DNA from: Barthelona sp. PCE
Taxonomy: Eukaryota
Reading direction: 5' to 3'
Length of the DNA stretch: 64,000 nt
Assembly (NCBI GenBank): GCA_040285745.1
Contig: JAUFOR010000001.1
Location: forward strand, 868,001 to 932,000
Positions 10,018 to 20,239 of the stretch are shown here, piece by piece. The notes below the pieces were generated by a model. The model ran no database searches, was not told the DNA's origin, and saw only the letters and a list, made by a program, of their open reading frames with translations. Made by a program: the position numbers and the translations under genes. The stretch's first letter is position 1, and each line of letters opens with the position of its first letter.

Positions 10018-13000
10018 TTACACTTCTTCAAAGTCTTCGTCCTCCTCATCAGATGGGAGGTTGACTGTTTGTGGGGCGACAGGAGCATCGATAACCGGTG
10101 ACACTTCCCGTGCCTGTACTTCATCACTTAAATCATCACTTTCCTCATTCTCTTCACTCATAGGATCTTCTGAATTAATGTGACTGTTTTCTTCTTCCTT
10201 TTCCTGTTCAGCTTGAGTTTCGGCGAAAGGATCAAACTCATCAGAGAATCTCTCGTTCTTTTCTTTGTAAAACGCATGCAGAGATTTACCTTGCCTCCTT
10301 AACAGCTCCTCTTCGTCTTCACGGTGCTGACTATACTGGTCTGCGATATACATCATTGTGGCTTCAGCGGTCTCCCTTGTATGCCTGAATATAAACTCTT
10401 TGTCGTCTTCTCTCATTTTCTTCGCTTTCTTGATGAGATAGGCAATATGCTGCTTGCGTTTAGCTTCTTCTTCTTCCATGATATTATCGCGCATTTCGAA
10501 AATTCGCTGTTTCTCCTCAAGACGCTTTTTCTGACGCTCCATTCTCTCCTTCTGCTGTTTTTTGAGCAGTTTGCGGCGCATCTTTCGCTCTGCCGTGTAA
10601 GAATACTCATCTTGCTCAGCCATCAGCTCAAGTTCACGCAACATTGCAGTCTTTTCCTTTTCTTTCTTTTCTCTGCGCTTGCGCATTTTCTCGATATCGC
10701 GTTGCTGTTTAGCTTTTTCCTTTTCACGCATCTGCTTTAGGGATAATCTTTTTTCTTGCTCTTCCTTCTTTCTATTCTCTCGGAACTGCTCAACTTTTGT
10801 CTTCATCGTCGCCAGATCCTCATCAGGCAGCGTGAAAGACGCACTGGCAGATGACTGTCGCTTTCTCTTCTGCTTGATCCTCTCACGACGTCTTGCTTCT
10901 TTGTTCTTCTTATCACGGAATTCAGAAATTTCTGGCTTAACCTTCTCGAGCACACGGCGACGAGGAGCAAGACGCTTGTCAACAGCTTCGATCTCCTTTT
11001 TAATGGCAGCTTCGGCTTCCTCCTTTATAGAATCAACCTGTTTGAGATGCTTCTTATATGCTTTATAGTAGCTCTTCTCCTTCTCACGCTGCTCCTTGAA
11101 CTTCTTACCGAGCTCCTTACCGCGCTCCAAAGCACGTTTGGCAGAGTTGCTGCGCTTGGTTGTCTTCCTAATCTTTCTCACAATAACACGGCGACATTCT
11201 TCTTCCTCCATACGCATCATCTCGAGCTTCTGCTGATCTTCCATACGGTCTATGATGAAATCAACGCGGCGCTGATCTTTTTCAGAGTATTCAGCCTCTT
11301 CACGCTCAAAATACAACTGCTCATCTCTCTTGTTGCTGAAAACAGGCTTGTTCGTGCGCATAGTCTCCTTAACGCGGTTCTGAATGCTTTCAAAGCGCGA
11401 ATATATTTCAGGGGTCGATAAGCGCTTCACCTCTTCGCGCATTGCATATTTATACTTGCCGCGTGGAGAATCAAACACACGACTCTCAACATGAGCGTAC
11501 TTCTTCTTGAAGGAGACGGTGCTCAGCCTACTGGAGTTAAGATCCTTTCGTAAAGAGGCGTTGAGCGAGGCCCCAACAGGAATGGGTTTGTACTTTGGAC
11601 GGCTGGTAAGCGATCCGCTACTGCCCACACGGGTGGGACTGAGCGTAACAAACTGCGACATACGGTTGTTCGGATCGTCTTTCTTCAGTTTCTCACGGTT
11701 ATCGTGGTTAACATGGTAGAAGAGACGCTCAATCATACGAACAATGCTCTTCGGCCAGATTAACGAGGTCATTTTGACGGGGAAAGCAAACATCGTGATA
11801 CTAATTCCTTTGTAGTCCTTCATAGAACTATAGAGATCGATCAGAAGGGGGTTCAACGGTCTAGGTTCAAGTAAAGTCTCCAACTTGTACAGCTCAAAGA
11901 CGTGCCAAATATCATACGTGGCGCTCTCCACCTCCAAAATTGGACAGGCGTTAACCGTATAATCAAAGTCGCTGAGGTCCTGGGCATCCTCTCCGATCTG
12001 GAAGAACTGCTTGAGTACGTTTAACTGTTCACAGTCGCTTTGTTCATGGATTTCTGTGATGAAGGTGTTTGTATCAAGATCCTCCAGTATCTGTCGTAAG
12101 AAATCCTTCTCGGGGAGAGCCCACTTGTGGAAGAGAATACGAACCATGAAGTCAAAGATGGGAGCATGTTGTAAGTATGTGATGTTGAATTTGAGGAAGA
12201 GCTCAGAAATGTTGATGTGTGAAAAAGATTTGTTATCTCTGAAGAAGATCATGTAATCGATGATATCATCGTTTAGCACAAGCAGCATTTCATTACAACC
12301 CCAGAAAAGATCGCAGCACAATTCGAACAGAAATTGGTTTGAAATCTTGGCCTTAAGAAGCTTTTGGATGAAGCACACGTCAGTGTACTCGAATTGGTCG
12401 GCAGTAAATCCAGAGTAGAGCTCGACCAAAGTCCCAGAGTACTCATTGATTGGCACAAACGGTAGAACAAATGCTCTGAAGTAGACGTTATCAAAGTTTG
12501 GTGCGATGATCAACAAAAACACTTGGAAAAATTGTGCAGCAAACGGGCTCTCGAGGAACGACGGAGAATTGATCATGCCTGCAAAGAAAACAAAGGCGAA
12601 GTTACTAATTTGAGAGAACTGTTCGCTCAAAAACTTCTTAGTCAGTATTTTGTTGTTATAAGTGGATGTAATCAAGTTGGAGTCGTACAGCTGGAAGGTT
12701 TCGCTAAACAACAGCACATCGAGCATGTCATTGAATGAATCCATGATTGTGTGGTCGTCGAAACTAATATTATACTCTTTGGGAGCATAGGCAAATATAC
12801 CGCACACTGTTTGAAAGCATGCCAACTTGTTGACCATCAGCTTTTCATCGTCGAAGATCATGATCATTTCGGTGAGGAAGAGCGATATGTCGGTGGATTG
12901 AAGGCTGTTCAATAGAGTTGGCAATATGCAGGCCAGTATGTTAGTTGCCTGGAAAATATGTTTGAAAAGACCAAAGAAGGACTTTTTAAAGATGTATTTG

Positions 13001-14013
13001 TCCAAATCAATCGTTAGGATAAGAGATAAAAGTCTTACATGAACGCTTTCTTCATCAAAGAATTCTGAATCCATAAACTCTAAGAACAGAACAAGGAATG
13101 CCTCCAGGTTGAAGAATTTCAATACAGTCAGCTGTAATTCCCTTGGTAACGATCTTAACAAACAGAAGAAAAAATCACTGGTCTGTTCCCGAAGAATCAA
13201 ATCATTGCTAAAAAGACCTTCTTGGAAGACGCATGTTACAAGGTTTAGGAAAGAAGGCTCTTTAGTGAGTAAAGAAGCCAGTAATGCAACCGGGAAGTGC
13301 TCGACAAAATTGACGTTACCAATCGTCTTACGGATACAGTTTCTGAACTCAAGATACTTAGCTGTGAGTCCCACGAAGAAGCTGGACGGTAAGATCTTCA
13401 ATTTATGGCAGAAATGACCTGTAAGGAGATCCAAAACAGTTTCACAGTGAATCAACTCTTGTTTGGGAGGAAGGAGGCTATCCCTGAGGATATCCTGCTC
13501 CTTTAGCGCGAATGGGTCGAATATATTGTCAGCAAAAGCCTTTTCGAATCGCTCTATCTCGATATTTTCCGATTCTGGAACTGTTTCTTTATCTCTATCT
13601 TTCTTTGACAACGTCTTGAACTGTCGGTTATGGAAGTCTATCTCGAATGCTTGGAGATTTAGGATAATATCTGTTACAATGTCCAAGTTTCCTTCAGAAA
13701 TTTGTTGAATAAAGGCTTTAGATAGATTGATCTTGAAAACATCATTAATGTACTGGAAAAGGATCGTCCAATTGAAGAAATACGTTTTCTGGTTGAATAA
13801 TCTCTTTAAACTGGGTGCTGGCCGAGCGCTTAACTGGTTTCTCTGTGCAAGAGAGCTTAAAAGCATTCGAATTGGCTCTCCGTTCAGTAAAAGGTGATCT
13901 ACATCGCTGCCGAAGTCAGCAAATCGCTTTGCTTGCTCGTTTAAAGGTGTTAGTTCGGAAAAAACACCATGTGATTTGAGAAATTCAAATAAATCTTTGC
14001 GTAACCGTACCAT
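10018..14013 (-). CDS. Large hypothetical protein with possible N-terminal CH-like domain and charged coiled-coil C-terminus
   Basis: 1331-aa ORF; FFNWTIL...ISEGN resembles the SPEF-type CH domain; K/E/R-rich tail. Confidence 0.6.
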   Translation of the reverse strand: MVRLRKDLFEFLKSHGVFSELTPLNEQAKRFADFGSDVDHLLLNGEPIRMLLSSLAQRNQLSARPAPSLKRLFNQKTYFFNWTILFQYINDVFKINLSKAFIQQISEGNLDIVTDIILNLQAFEIDFHNRQFKTLSKKDRDKETVPESENIEIERFEKAFADNIFDPFALKEQDILRDSLLPPKQELIHCETVLDLLTGHFCHKLKILPSSFFVGLTAKYLEFRNCIRKTIGNVNFVEHFPVALLASLLTKEPSFLNLVTCVFQEGLFSNDLILREQTSDFFFCLLRSLPRELQLTVLKFFNLEAFLVLFLEFMDSEFFDEESVHVRLLSLILTIDLDKYIFKKSFFGLFKHIFQATNILACILPTLLNSLQSTDISLFLTEMIMIFDDEKLMVNKLACFQTVCGIFAYAPKEYNISFDDHTIMDSFNDMLDVLLFSETFQLYDSNLITSTYNNKILTKKFLSEQFSQISNFAFVFFAGMINSPSFLESPFAAQFFQVFLLIIAPNFDNVYFRAFVLPFVPINEYSGTLVELYSGFTADQFEYTDVCFIQKLLKAKISNQFLFELCCDLFWGCNEMLLVLNDDIIDYMIFFRDNKSFSHINISELFLKFNITYLQHAPIFDFMVRILFHKWALPEKDFLRQILEDLDTNTFITEIHEQSDCEQLNVLKQFFQIGEDAQDLSDFDYTVNACPILEVESATYDIWHVFELYKLETLLEPRPLNPLLIDLYSSMKDYKGISITMFAFPVKMTSLIWPKSIVRMIERLFYHVNHDNREKLKKDDPNNRMSQFVTLSPTRVGSSGSLTSRPKYKPIPVGASLNASLRKDLNSSRLSTVSFKKKYAHVESRVFDSPRGKYKYAMREEVKRLSTPEIYSRFESIQNRVKETMRTNKPVFSNKRDEQLYFEREEAEYSEKDQRRVDFIIDRMEDQQKLEMMRMEEEECRRVIVRKIRKTTKRSNSAKRALERGKELGKKFKEQREKEKSYYKAYKKHLKQVDSIKEEAEAAIKKEIEAVDKRLAPRRRVLEKVKPEISEFRDKKNKEARRRERIKQKRKRQSSASASFTLPDEDLATMKTKVEQFRENRKKEEQEKRLSLKQMREKEKAKQQRDIEKMRKRREKKEKEKTAMLRELELMAEQDEYSYTAERKMRRKLLKKQQKERMERQKKRLEEKQRIFEMRDNIMEEEEAKRKQHIAYLIKKAKKMREDDKEFIFRHTRETAEATMMYIADQYSQHREDEEELLRRQGKSLHAFYKEKNERFSDEFDPFAETQAEQEKEEENSHINSEDPMSEENEESDDLSDEVQAREVSPVIDAPVAPQTVNLPSDEEDEDFEEV

Positions 14014-14243
14014 TTGTGCGTGTTAGCCGGCTATTCAAAGGTATCTTAAATGGAAAAGGAGTCAATGTTTAAAAACAGATATAGAATTCTCCAGTTTTGG
14101 TTCCGTTTACTTAATGTCATGTGTGAGTGATATGGTACTAACTTGCACGTTAATGACCACAAAGAACTCTAGAATCTGATAATTGGAAAAAAGATCAAAA
14201 ACTACAACGCTACCTTTATCTGAGATGAGAAAATCATGAATTA

Positions 14244-15740
14244 TCACGTCTGAGGCGAAACACTGATGGGCAATTTATGTGTAGGAGTACCCATACCAAG
14301 GAAACAGTTGTACATTTTCTTCACCTGCTTCCTCCACAGCTTGACTGGTCGAATCTTACTCTTAACAGGCTTGATCATCAAACCAAGCTGCTCATGGGTG
14401 CTAATCGCTTCACATCTCTCGTCATAGTCTTCGGTATCGATAACGCACAATGTATCTCTTTTCTCAAGAACTACAAGTGTTCTTGATCCACCAAGACCCA
14501 TTGTCTGCGTGTAGGTACCGACCACATGCATATTAGACTCTGTGGGCAAGAACAATTCGACAATCTTAGATCGAGAAATTGGTTGTAAATTCCCAATTGC
14601 TTCAACCATCTCCGCGCTTGTCTGTTTCTTTGTGTTCTTGCAATACGTCTCGTAATCATCAACAGTGAAGGGGTATATTGTGGGGTGGGGCGCCAAAAAT
14701 AAAAACAATCCCCCTAACTTCAATACAGATTGTTGATAGAAAATCGTCTCTTGAATTAATGAGATTGAAGAGCGCATGCAGCTCATCCACCCATCGACAT
14801 ACCCACCATCAGCGTGACCAATACCTACTCTCTTCCCGTATGGTGGGTCGCAAATAATCGCATCCACGATTCCTGAGCGTAGCACAGGATAAGCAGCATT
14901 TCCACGTGCAACAACCGGCTCTGGGAGCCCAAGTTCCTTAAAGTTATCCGCTACTGTATGTACTTCACCAGTGTGAGTGTACTTCTCACCTATTCTTCCA
15001 TTAAGCCACCTGACATCAAGCTCTGTTCCGATAACATGCGCCCCCAACATCGCAGCGGTGATTATGACCGACCCAGTCCCACAGAAACAGTCATAGACCA
15101 CAGAACCCGGCTTGACTCTGGCTATCCTACACATGAGCAAGGCCCATAGCGGATCAAGTGAAGTTGTGCCTATAAAAGGCCTCCTGTTGAGCGCGAGCTT
15201 ACCAATGATCGCTTGAGAGGCATTTCTTCCCTGTTCACACTCCAATATACCAAAGGAAAACATGAATTTATCAGGGTCTTCCCCTGCAAAAGAGTTGGTC
15301 CTTGATATGTTGTACTGTACTGTACGGCATACATACACTGTTTCTTCGCCCAACTTCGGATCGCCACATGCGTGGAAGATCTTTTTTTTCAAGTCTGGAT
15401 CTATTTCCCGCTGGTAATTATCAACCATGAGGTTATCTCCTTCCATAATGGGCGTATTTTCCCTTATATAGGCGTGAAACTGATCCTCTGTCCCGTAGAA
15501 CTGTTCACGATAGATATATCGTACGAGCAGGCAATCATTAACCACCTTCTTGAGATTATGTACATCATCTGTCGATACGAGGATGTTTAAAATAGGGTCC
15601 CATGTAGGCAGAGTGTCATCATGATCGAGAATATCAACATTGTGACGTTTTGCATTTGCTAAAAACTCGCCCAATCGAAAATCGTAATTTTTTTGTGCAA
15701 AAACAACCTTTAGATCCGTCATTCCAAACCTGTCAGTCAT
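14244..15740 (-). CDS. TRM11: tRNA m2G10 methyltransferase TRM11-like
   Basis: RPFIGTTSLD, YDCFCGTGS (SAM binding) and AIICDPPYG; likely start MTDRF at 15740. Confidence 0.85.
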   Translation of the reverse strand: MTDRFGMTDLKVVFAQKNYDFRLGEFLANAKRHNVDILDHDDTLPTWDPILNILVSTDDVHNLKKVVNDCLLVRYIYREQFYGTEDQFHAYIRENTPIMEGDNLMVDNYQREIDPDLKKKIFHACGDPKLGEETVYVCRTVQYNISRTNSFAGEDPDKFMFSFGILECEQGRNASQAIIGKLALNRRPFIGTTSLDPLWALLMCRIARVKPGSVVYDCFCGTGSVIITAAMLGAHVIGTELDVRWLNGRIGEKYTHTGEVHTVADNFKELGLPEPVVARGNAAYPVLRSGIVDAIICDPPYGKRVGIGHADGGYVDGWMSCMRSSISLIQETIFYQQSVLKLGGLFLFLAPHPTIYPFTVDDYETYCKNTKKQTSAEMVEAIGNLQPISRSKIVELFLPTESNMHVVGTYTQTMGLGGSRTLVVLEKRDTLCVIDTEDYDERCEAISTHEQLGLMIKPVKSKIRPVKLWRKQVKKMYNCFLGMGTPTHKLPISVSPQT

Positions 15741-15951
15741 TGTAATAAGTGAAAAGGTACTTATTGTGAAATGGTGCCTGCTGAATTTAAAAAGGGTTCG
15801 CAAACATTTTATTACTGTGAACGGAGATATTGTGTATTTTATCGGTCTCACAGCCTGCGAATCTAAGATTGTAAAGGATTTCCATTTTGTTTTACATTTT
15901 AGCACCCATTTCTCTATTTTTTGTATATTTAAGACATTGGGCTTGTTGCAA

Positions 15952-17367
15952 ATGGACTCATCGATACGCAAACTAAGGAAAAGGATAGATGCGCTGCAAT
16001 CTGAGAATGAAAATTTGAAGGTTCAAGCAATGCAGCAGAAGAACGAATTCACAAATCAGATAGGGCTCCTCCAAAAGCAAATTGAGGATCTTCAGCGTAA
16101 AAAAGTTGAGCTAATTGCTAAGACTGATTCAATAAGAACGCTTGAAAGTGAATTGGTAGAATTGTATTTGGATACCGTTGATAGAAGCCATCTTGACTTG
16201 ATGGACGAGCAACTGATTGAGGAACAGAGGAATCGTGAACGAAGGAACATGAAAAAATTAAACAGCATCGAGTTAGTCAACTATCTTCGTTCCAATTTGA
16301 GTTTGTTGATTCAGTTTAAGGAAGATTTCGAGACAGAGTTATCCGGCAAGGTTAATAGAAGATATGATACAATTAATGAGAAGAGTAATGTACTTAAAGA
16401 GGAAAACAAAAAACTTACATTGGATCTGGCAGATTGTCAGGAGAACCAATCAGTTTTGCAATTAGAAAATGATCGCTTGGTGGAATTGAATACGCAGTTG
16501 GAGGAGAAGTTGGCAAATAATGATAGATTGAATCAAAGTATTAGAACTGAACTGGGAGAGGCCAAGCATAAATTAAATGGTCGAGATCGTTTGTTTGAAG
16601 AAAAAACGAATTTATTGACTAGAGAGGTGAAGAACGGTGAGCTAAAACAGTTGGTTATTGAGAAACAGGAAGTTGAGATATGTTTACTTTCAAACAGACA
16701 CAAAAATTTGTTTACAAAGATAACCAACACTAAAAGAATTCATGAAGAAGACCTTTTGAAGATGAGACAAAACGAGAGTACTTTGCAAAAGGTTATCACA
16801 GAGCAGGACATAGAGATAAAAGCACTGAAAAAGAATTTACAAAGTTATAAGAGGAACATTGTTTTGGCACGTCAGAATCACTTCGAAACAGAGAGAAAGA
16901 GGCTACAAACGATGCTTAACGAGAAGAATGGGCAGCTTTCCGAGCATGAGAAGGAAATAAGGTCGCTTCGAAGCGAAAACATGAAACTGGCCGAGAGGAA
17001 CATTGGACTCAAACGCGAGTATGATAAATTATTCAGAATTGCGCAACGTGGAGAGAAGGAGATGACTAATGTGAAACAGAGAGCAGAAAAGCGCAGTGAT
17101 GAGAATGCGTTAGAGACTGTGTTGGTTAAGGGAATGCTTGAGAAGAAGAGCAAAGAAAATGATAGCTTAAAGTCCGAAATTGAACGTTTGCAACATCAGG
17201 GAAGTCGTATGATGATGTCTAGTGTGAGCAGAGACGCAGAAAGAAGCAAATTTAGAGAAAAGATAGAACATGTTAGGGAGGAAGCTTATGTTGCCAGAGT
17301 TGTGAGTAACACACCAACGAAAAAACCGGTTGGAACTCCTAACGTTGGTGTCAGAACCGCCCAGTAG
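15952..17367 (+). CDS. Coiled-coil hypothetical protein
   Basis: Long heptad-rich ORF; first ATG at 15952. Confidence 0.7.
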   Translation: MDSSIRKLRKRIDALQSENENLKVQAMQQKNEFTNQIGLLQKQIEDLQRKKVELIAKTDSIRTLESELVELYLDTVDRSHLDLMDEQLIEEQRNRERRNMKKLNSIELVNYLRSNLSLLIQFKEDFETELSGKVNRRYDTINEKSNVLKEENKKLTLDLADCQENQSVLQLENDRLVELNTQLEEKLANNDRLNQSIRTELGEAKHKLNGRDRLFEEKTNLLTREVKNGELKQLVIEKQEVEICLLSNRHKNLFTKITNTKRIHEEDLLKMRQNESTLQKVITEQDIEIKALKKNLQSYKRNIVLARQNHFETERKRLQTMLNEKNGQLSEHEKEIRSLRSENMKLAERNIGLKREYDKLFRIAQRGEKEMTNVKQRAEKRSDENALETVLVKGMLEKKSKENDSLKSEIERLQHQGSRMMMSSVSRDAERSKFREKIEHVREEAYVARVVSNTPTKKPVGTPNVGVRTAQ

Positions 17368-17381
17368 ACAATAAAATTAAT

Positions 17382-18038
17382 TTACTCCTTTTTGAGCTTT
17401 TTGAGCTTCGGTTCAATTAAAAGGAAAGGTAAAATCAATAGAACAAGAACAGCCGCTCCGATAATATCCACAATGTAGTGTTGCTTGGTCGTCAGAGTTG
17501 ATACAATGATGCCTAATGACCATAAAGCTGTAGGGAGTCCAACTGACAGGTTTCTGAACTTAAAAACTGCAATTGTGCACAATAAACCCACAGAAACGTG
17601 CATACTGGGACAGCAGTTGAGGGGAGTGTCTGCCATATGGAGGAACTTCCAGACAGGTTGCCACAAAGTAGGTCTAGAGAGTGGATCCGGTCTGTAAGTG
17701 AGGTAAGTTGGATATAGGACAAAAATGATACCCTGAACGCTCATCATTATTCTCACGAGGAACCAGAAACGAGTTGTTCTTTCGGAATTGCGAATTAAAT
17801 ACGTGGCGACTAATGGTTGAACAAAGCTTGAAAAGTACAAGATAAGCGTCCAGTCGACAATGGGGATGCTGACGTTCTCATTAAAGAGTGTAGGGAGAAG
17901 GTGGTAGTCTATGAAGTGAAGTTTGTTAGGAATCATGTAGCAGAGCCCAAAGAAAATGAGTGAGAATGCTAACTGGACCAAATTATGTTTTTCTGGCGTG
18001 TTAGCCCAACGAGAGAAGAAAAATTTGGGCAAAAACAT
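17382..18038 (-). CDS. PAP2-superfamily membrane phosphatase/phosphotransferase
   Basis: Transmembrane segments with PSMH and KQHYIVD motifs. Confidence 0.8.
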   Translation of the reverse strand: MFLPKFFFSRWANTPEKHNLVQLAFSLIFFGLCYMIPNKLHFIDYHLLPTLFNENVSIPIVDWTLILYFSSFVQPLVATYLIRNSERTTRFWFLVRIMMSVQGIIFVLYPTYLTYRPDPLSRPTLWQPVWKFLHMADTPLNCCPSMHVSVGLLCTIAVFKFRNLSVGLPTALWSLGIIVSTLTTKQHYIVDIIGAAVLVLLILPFLLIEPKLKKLKKE

Positions 18039-18271
18039 GTGTAAAAAAGTATATTTTGTAATGCAGAATTTTTAGGTTAGATTTTTGGATGAAAACACTA
18101 CAACTGTCAAGGTATTTGGATATACAGTTAGGAAATGTTGATAATCATAGAAACTTGTTACCTAGCTCTATCCTTCTTCGTTCTCGCATTGTTGTTGGTT
18201 CATACACTCTGGGACAGCGATGTGACATGCGTGAAACATTGCCGTGTTACTTTTATTTTGTTATATTTACT

Positions 18272-18435
18272 TGATCAAAAACGTCCCTCTTCCATTCGAG
18301 TTAATCGATAAAAGCCACGCTACGCGATCTGATCTGATCGAATAGTGCCTGGGAGAAGGTAGAAGCATCCCGGCTGGAATGTGCGTCGATGTTTTACATT
18401 TGAGACGCTACTGTCGACTCCGGGAGACAAGATCA
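18272..18435. ncRNA. Candidate structured non-coding RNA (two hairpins)
   Basis: GC-richer island in an unusually long spacer; stems ATTCGA/TCGAAT, TCCCGG/CCGGGA, GTCGA/TCGAC and TGATC/GATCA ends. Confidence 0.3.
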
Positions 18436-18657
18436 TTTATTTATTCTTAATTTGTGTTCGCAAACCTATTTCTATTGTTAAAATTAATAAAAAGATAACT
18501 GGAGATGAGGATGGAGGTTTGAGGAATATAAAAGATTTGTGAACCATAGATTCTTTCGTGGATTGGTTTAAAACAAGCTTTCGAGTCTATAACAGTGAAC
18601 ATAATGTCAGGTTCAAATCTCAAAAATGTAAAAAAGAATCTCTGCCATTTCAGCTGA

Positions 18658-18993
18658 ATGTCATCAGAAGAGAGGCAAAATGAACTCAAGAGGGATAGGA
18701 TCAAGCGTATAGTTGGGCCTTCAGATATATTATTGACGGATGAAGCAGCAGGAATTTTAAACACGATTTCAGATGAATTTATTGGTTTTATTGGTCATGA
18801 GAGCCGAGCACAAACAAGCGACAGGGTGATAAAAACAACAGATATTCATTCAGTCCTTTCTGAAATTGGCTATTCACATCTTTCTGATCAAATATCTCAT
18901 CTAACATCAGCACATCAAGCATACCATGCGGAACGCAAGAAACATAGACAGTTTCAACAGATGCTAGAGAGGAATTTAGGAGAAAACGAATAG
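18658..18993 (+). CDS. Histone-fold protein (NC2-beta/Dr1/NF-YB-like)
   Basis: RIKRIV...EFIGFIGHES...IKTTDIHSVLSEIGY histone-fold pattern. Confidence 0.7.
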   Translation: MSSEERQNELKRDRIKRIVGPSDILLTDEAAGILNTISDEFIGFIGHESRAQTSDRVIKTTDIHSVLSEIGYSHLSDQISHLTSAHQAYHAERKKHRQFQQMLERNLGENE

Positions 18994-19584
18994 ATAAAGG
19001 AATACAAAAAATGTTACTATTGCGCCTATAACAGCCACGAGCACATCCTGCCTTGCTCTTTTAAACACAGAACCAATGACACCATCTGACTGACCTGCTA
19101 AACGATTTGTTCTGTCGAGCCCTCCATCAATTGACTTGAAACGATCGCTTTGGATGAAGAGACGCTCCAAAGAACTCATCGCGCTTGATTTGTAGTGACT
19201 GATCATTCGACTAATGTTGTTGAGCTTAAATTTTTCCTGAAAAAAAGTTTGTTGCAATTGTGGATCGCCAGTTCCATTAAGTAATCGATCTTTCTGTTCC
19301 TTGTGAAAGGTTTTCATTGATAACTGTTCTTCTAACTCTTGAAACGATTGTTCTAATTCGGATATTCGACTTTTCAACACTTCAAGTTGATTGTAAAAGG
19401 ACGTTTGATCAATATCCTCGTTCGCACCAGAAAATTCAAGTGAATAAAATGTTGAAAAGTCAATTCGAAGCATTGCTATAAGATTTTCAGCATCTGAAGG
19501 AAATTGTAATGAGCCCTCAAGTAAACCAATCCGCCTGGAGATCTGATGAAACAGTCTCTCCCCATCAGCCAAACTTGCTGTCAT
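18976..19584 (-). CDS. Qb-SNARE (membrin/Bos1/Gos1-like)
   Basis: Helical N-terminus, SNARE motif (LFIQSDRF), C-terminal TM anchor; likely start MTASL at 19584. Confidence 0.72.
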   Translation of the reverse strand: MTASLADGERLFHQISRRIGLLEGSLQFPSDAENLIAMLRIDFSTFYSLEFSGANEDIDQTSFYNQLEVLKSRISELEQSFQELEEQLSMKTFHKEQKDRLLNGTGDPQLQQTFFQEKFKLNNISRMISHYKSSAMSSLERLFIQSDRFKSIDGGLDRTNRLAGQSDGVIGSVFKRARQDVLVAVIGAIVTFFVFLYLFVFS

Positions 19585-19651
19585 ATGAATATTGAAAGAT
19601 GATGAAAACAAAATTACAACCCCATTCACCTATTTTTAGGTATACAAATGC

Positions 19652-20092
19652 ATGCAGGGGAATAAAAACGGAGTAGATCACTCGTTTAGACGGAAATTTG
19701 ACCTTTCAAAAGCAAAACGTAAGAAAGAAGCTAAAAGAAAAAGAAATGCTACAGCTGTGAAACTTCCAGTGGATAACAACGCTTTGAATCCAGGTATGCA
19801 ACAGGGATTCAAGGAGAAAATCGGTAGAGAGGGAAAGGATGTGCAGAACATGTTTCAATGTGAAGTTTGTAATCTCAGATTTACAAATTCATCCACGTAT
19901 TTGCAGCATATAACAAGCTCCGTGCACCAGGCAAAACTGGGACATTCATTAAACGTAAGAGTATCAAAAGAGGAGGAAGTGGTTGTTTCTATTCGTGATA
20001 TTGAAGCAGACACCGCGAACAAAGTTTCTTTTGATATTAACGATCACAAGGATGTTTTAGAGTCAGTTTTACAAACGCTAATATCATCATAG
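19652..20092 (+). CDS. Matrin-type zinc finger spliceosomal protein (ZMAT2/Snu23-like)
   Basis: GVDHSFRRKFD N-terminus and CEVC...YLQHITSSVHQ finger. Confidence 0.75.
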   Translation: MQGNKNGVDHSFRRKFDLSKAKRKKEAKRKRNATAVKLPVDNNALNPGMQQGFKEKIGREGKDVQNMFQCEVCNLRFTNSSTYLQHITSSVHQAKLGHSLNVRVSKEEEVVVSIRDIEADTANKVSFDINDHKDVLESVLQTLISS

Positions 20093-20239
20093 TAGTACAG
20101 GTTTTGTTGTGTATCAAATAAATTATTGGTTAGTTTTGTTTTGTGGTGTATGGTAGATGAATACATTGATGTATGCTATTAAATAGATGTATATCATTAA
20201 TTGAAGTTGTTTTCCATTTTCTCCTATTCTTCATCCTCT

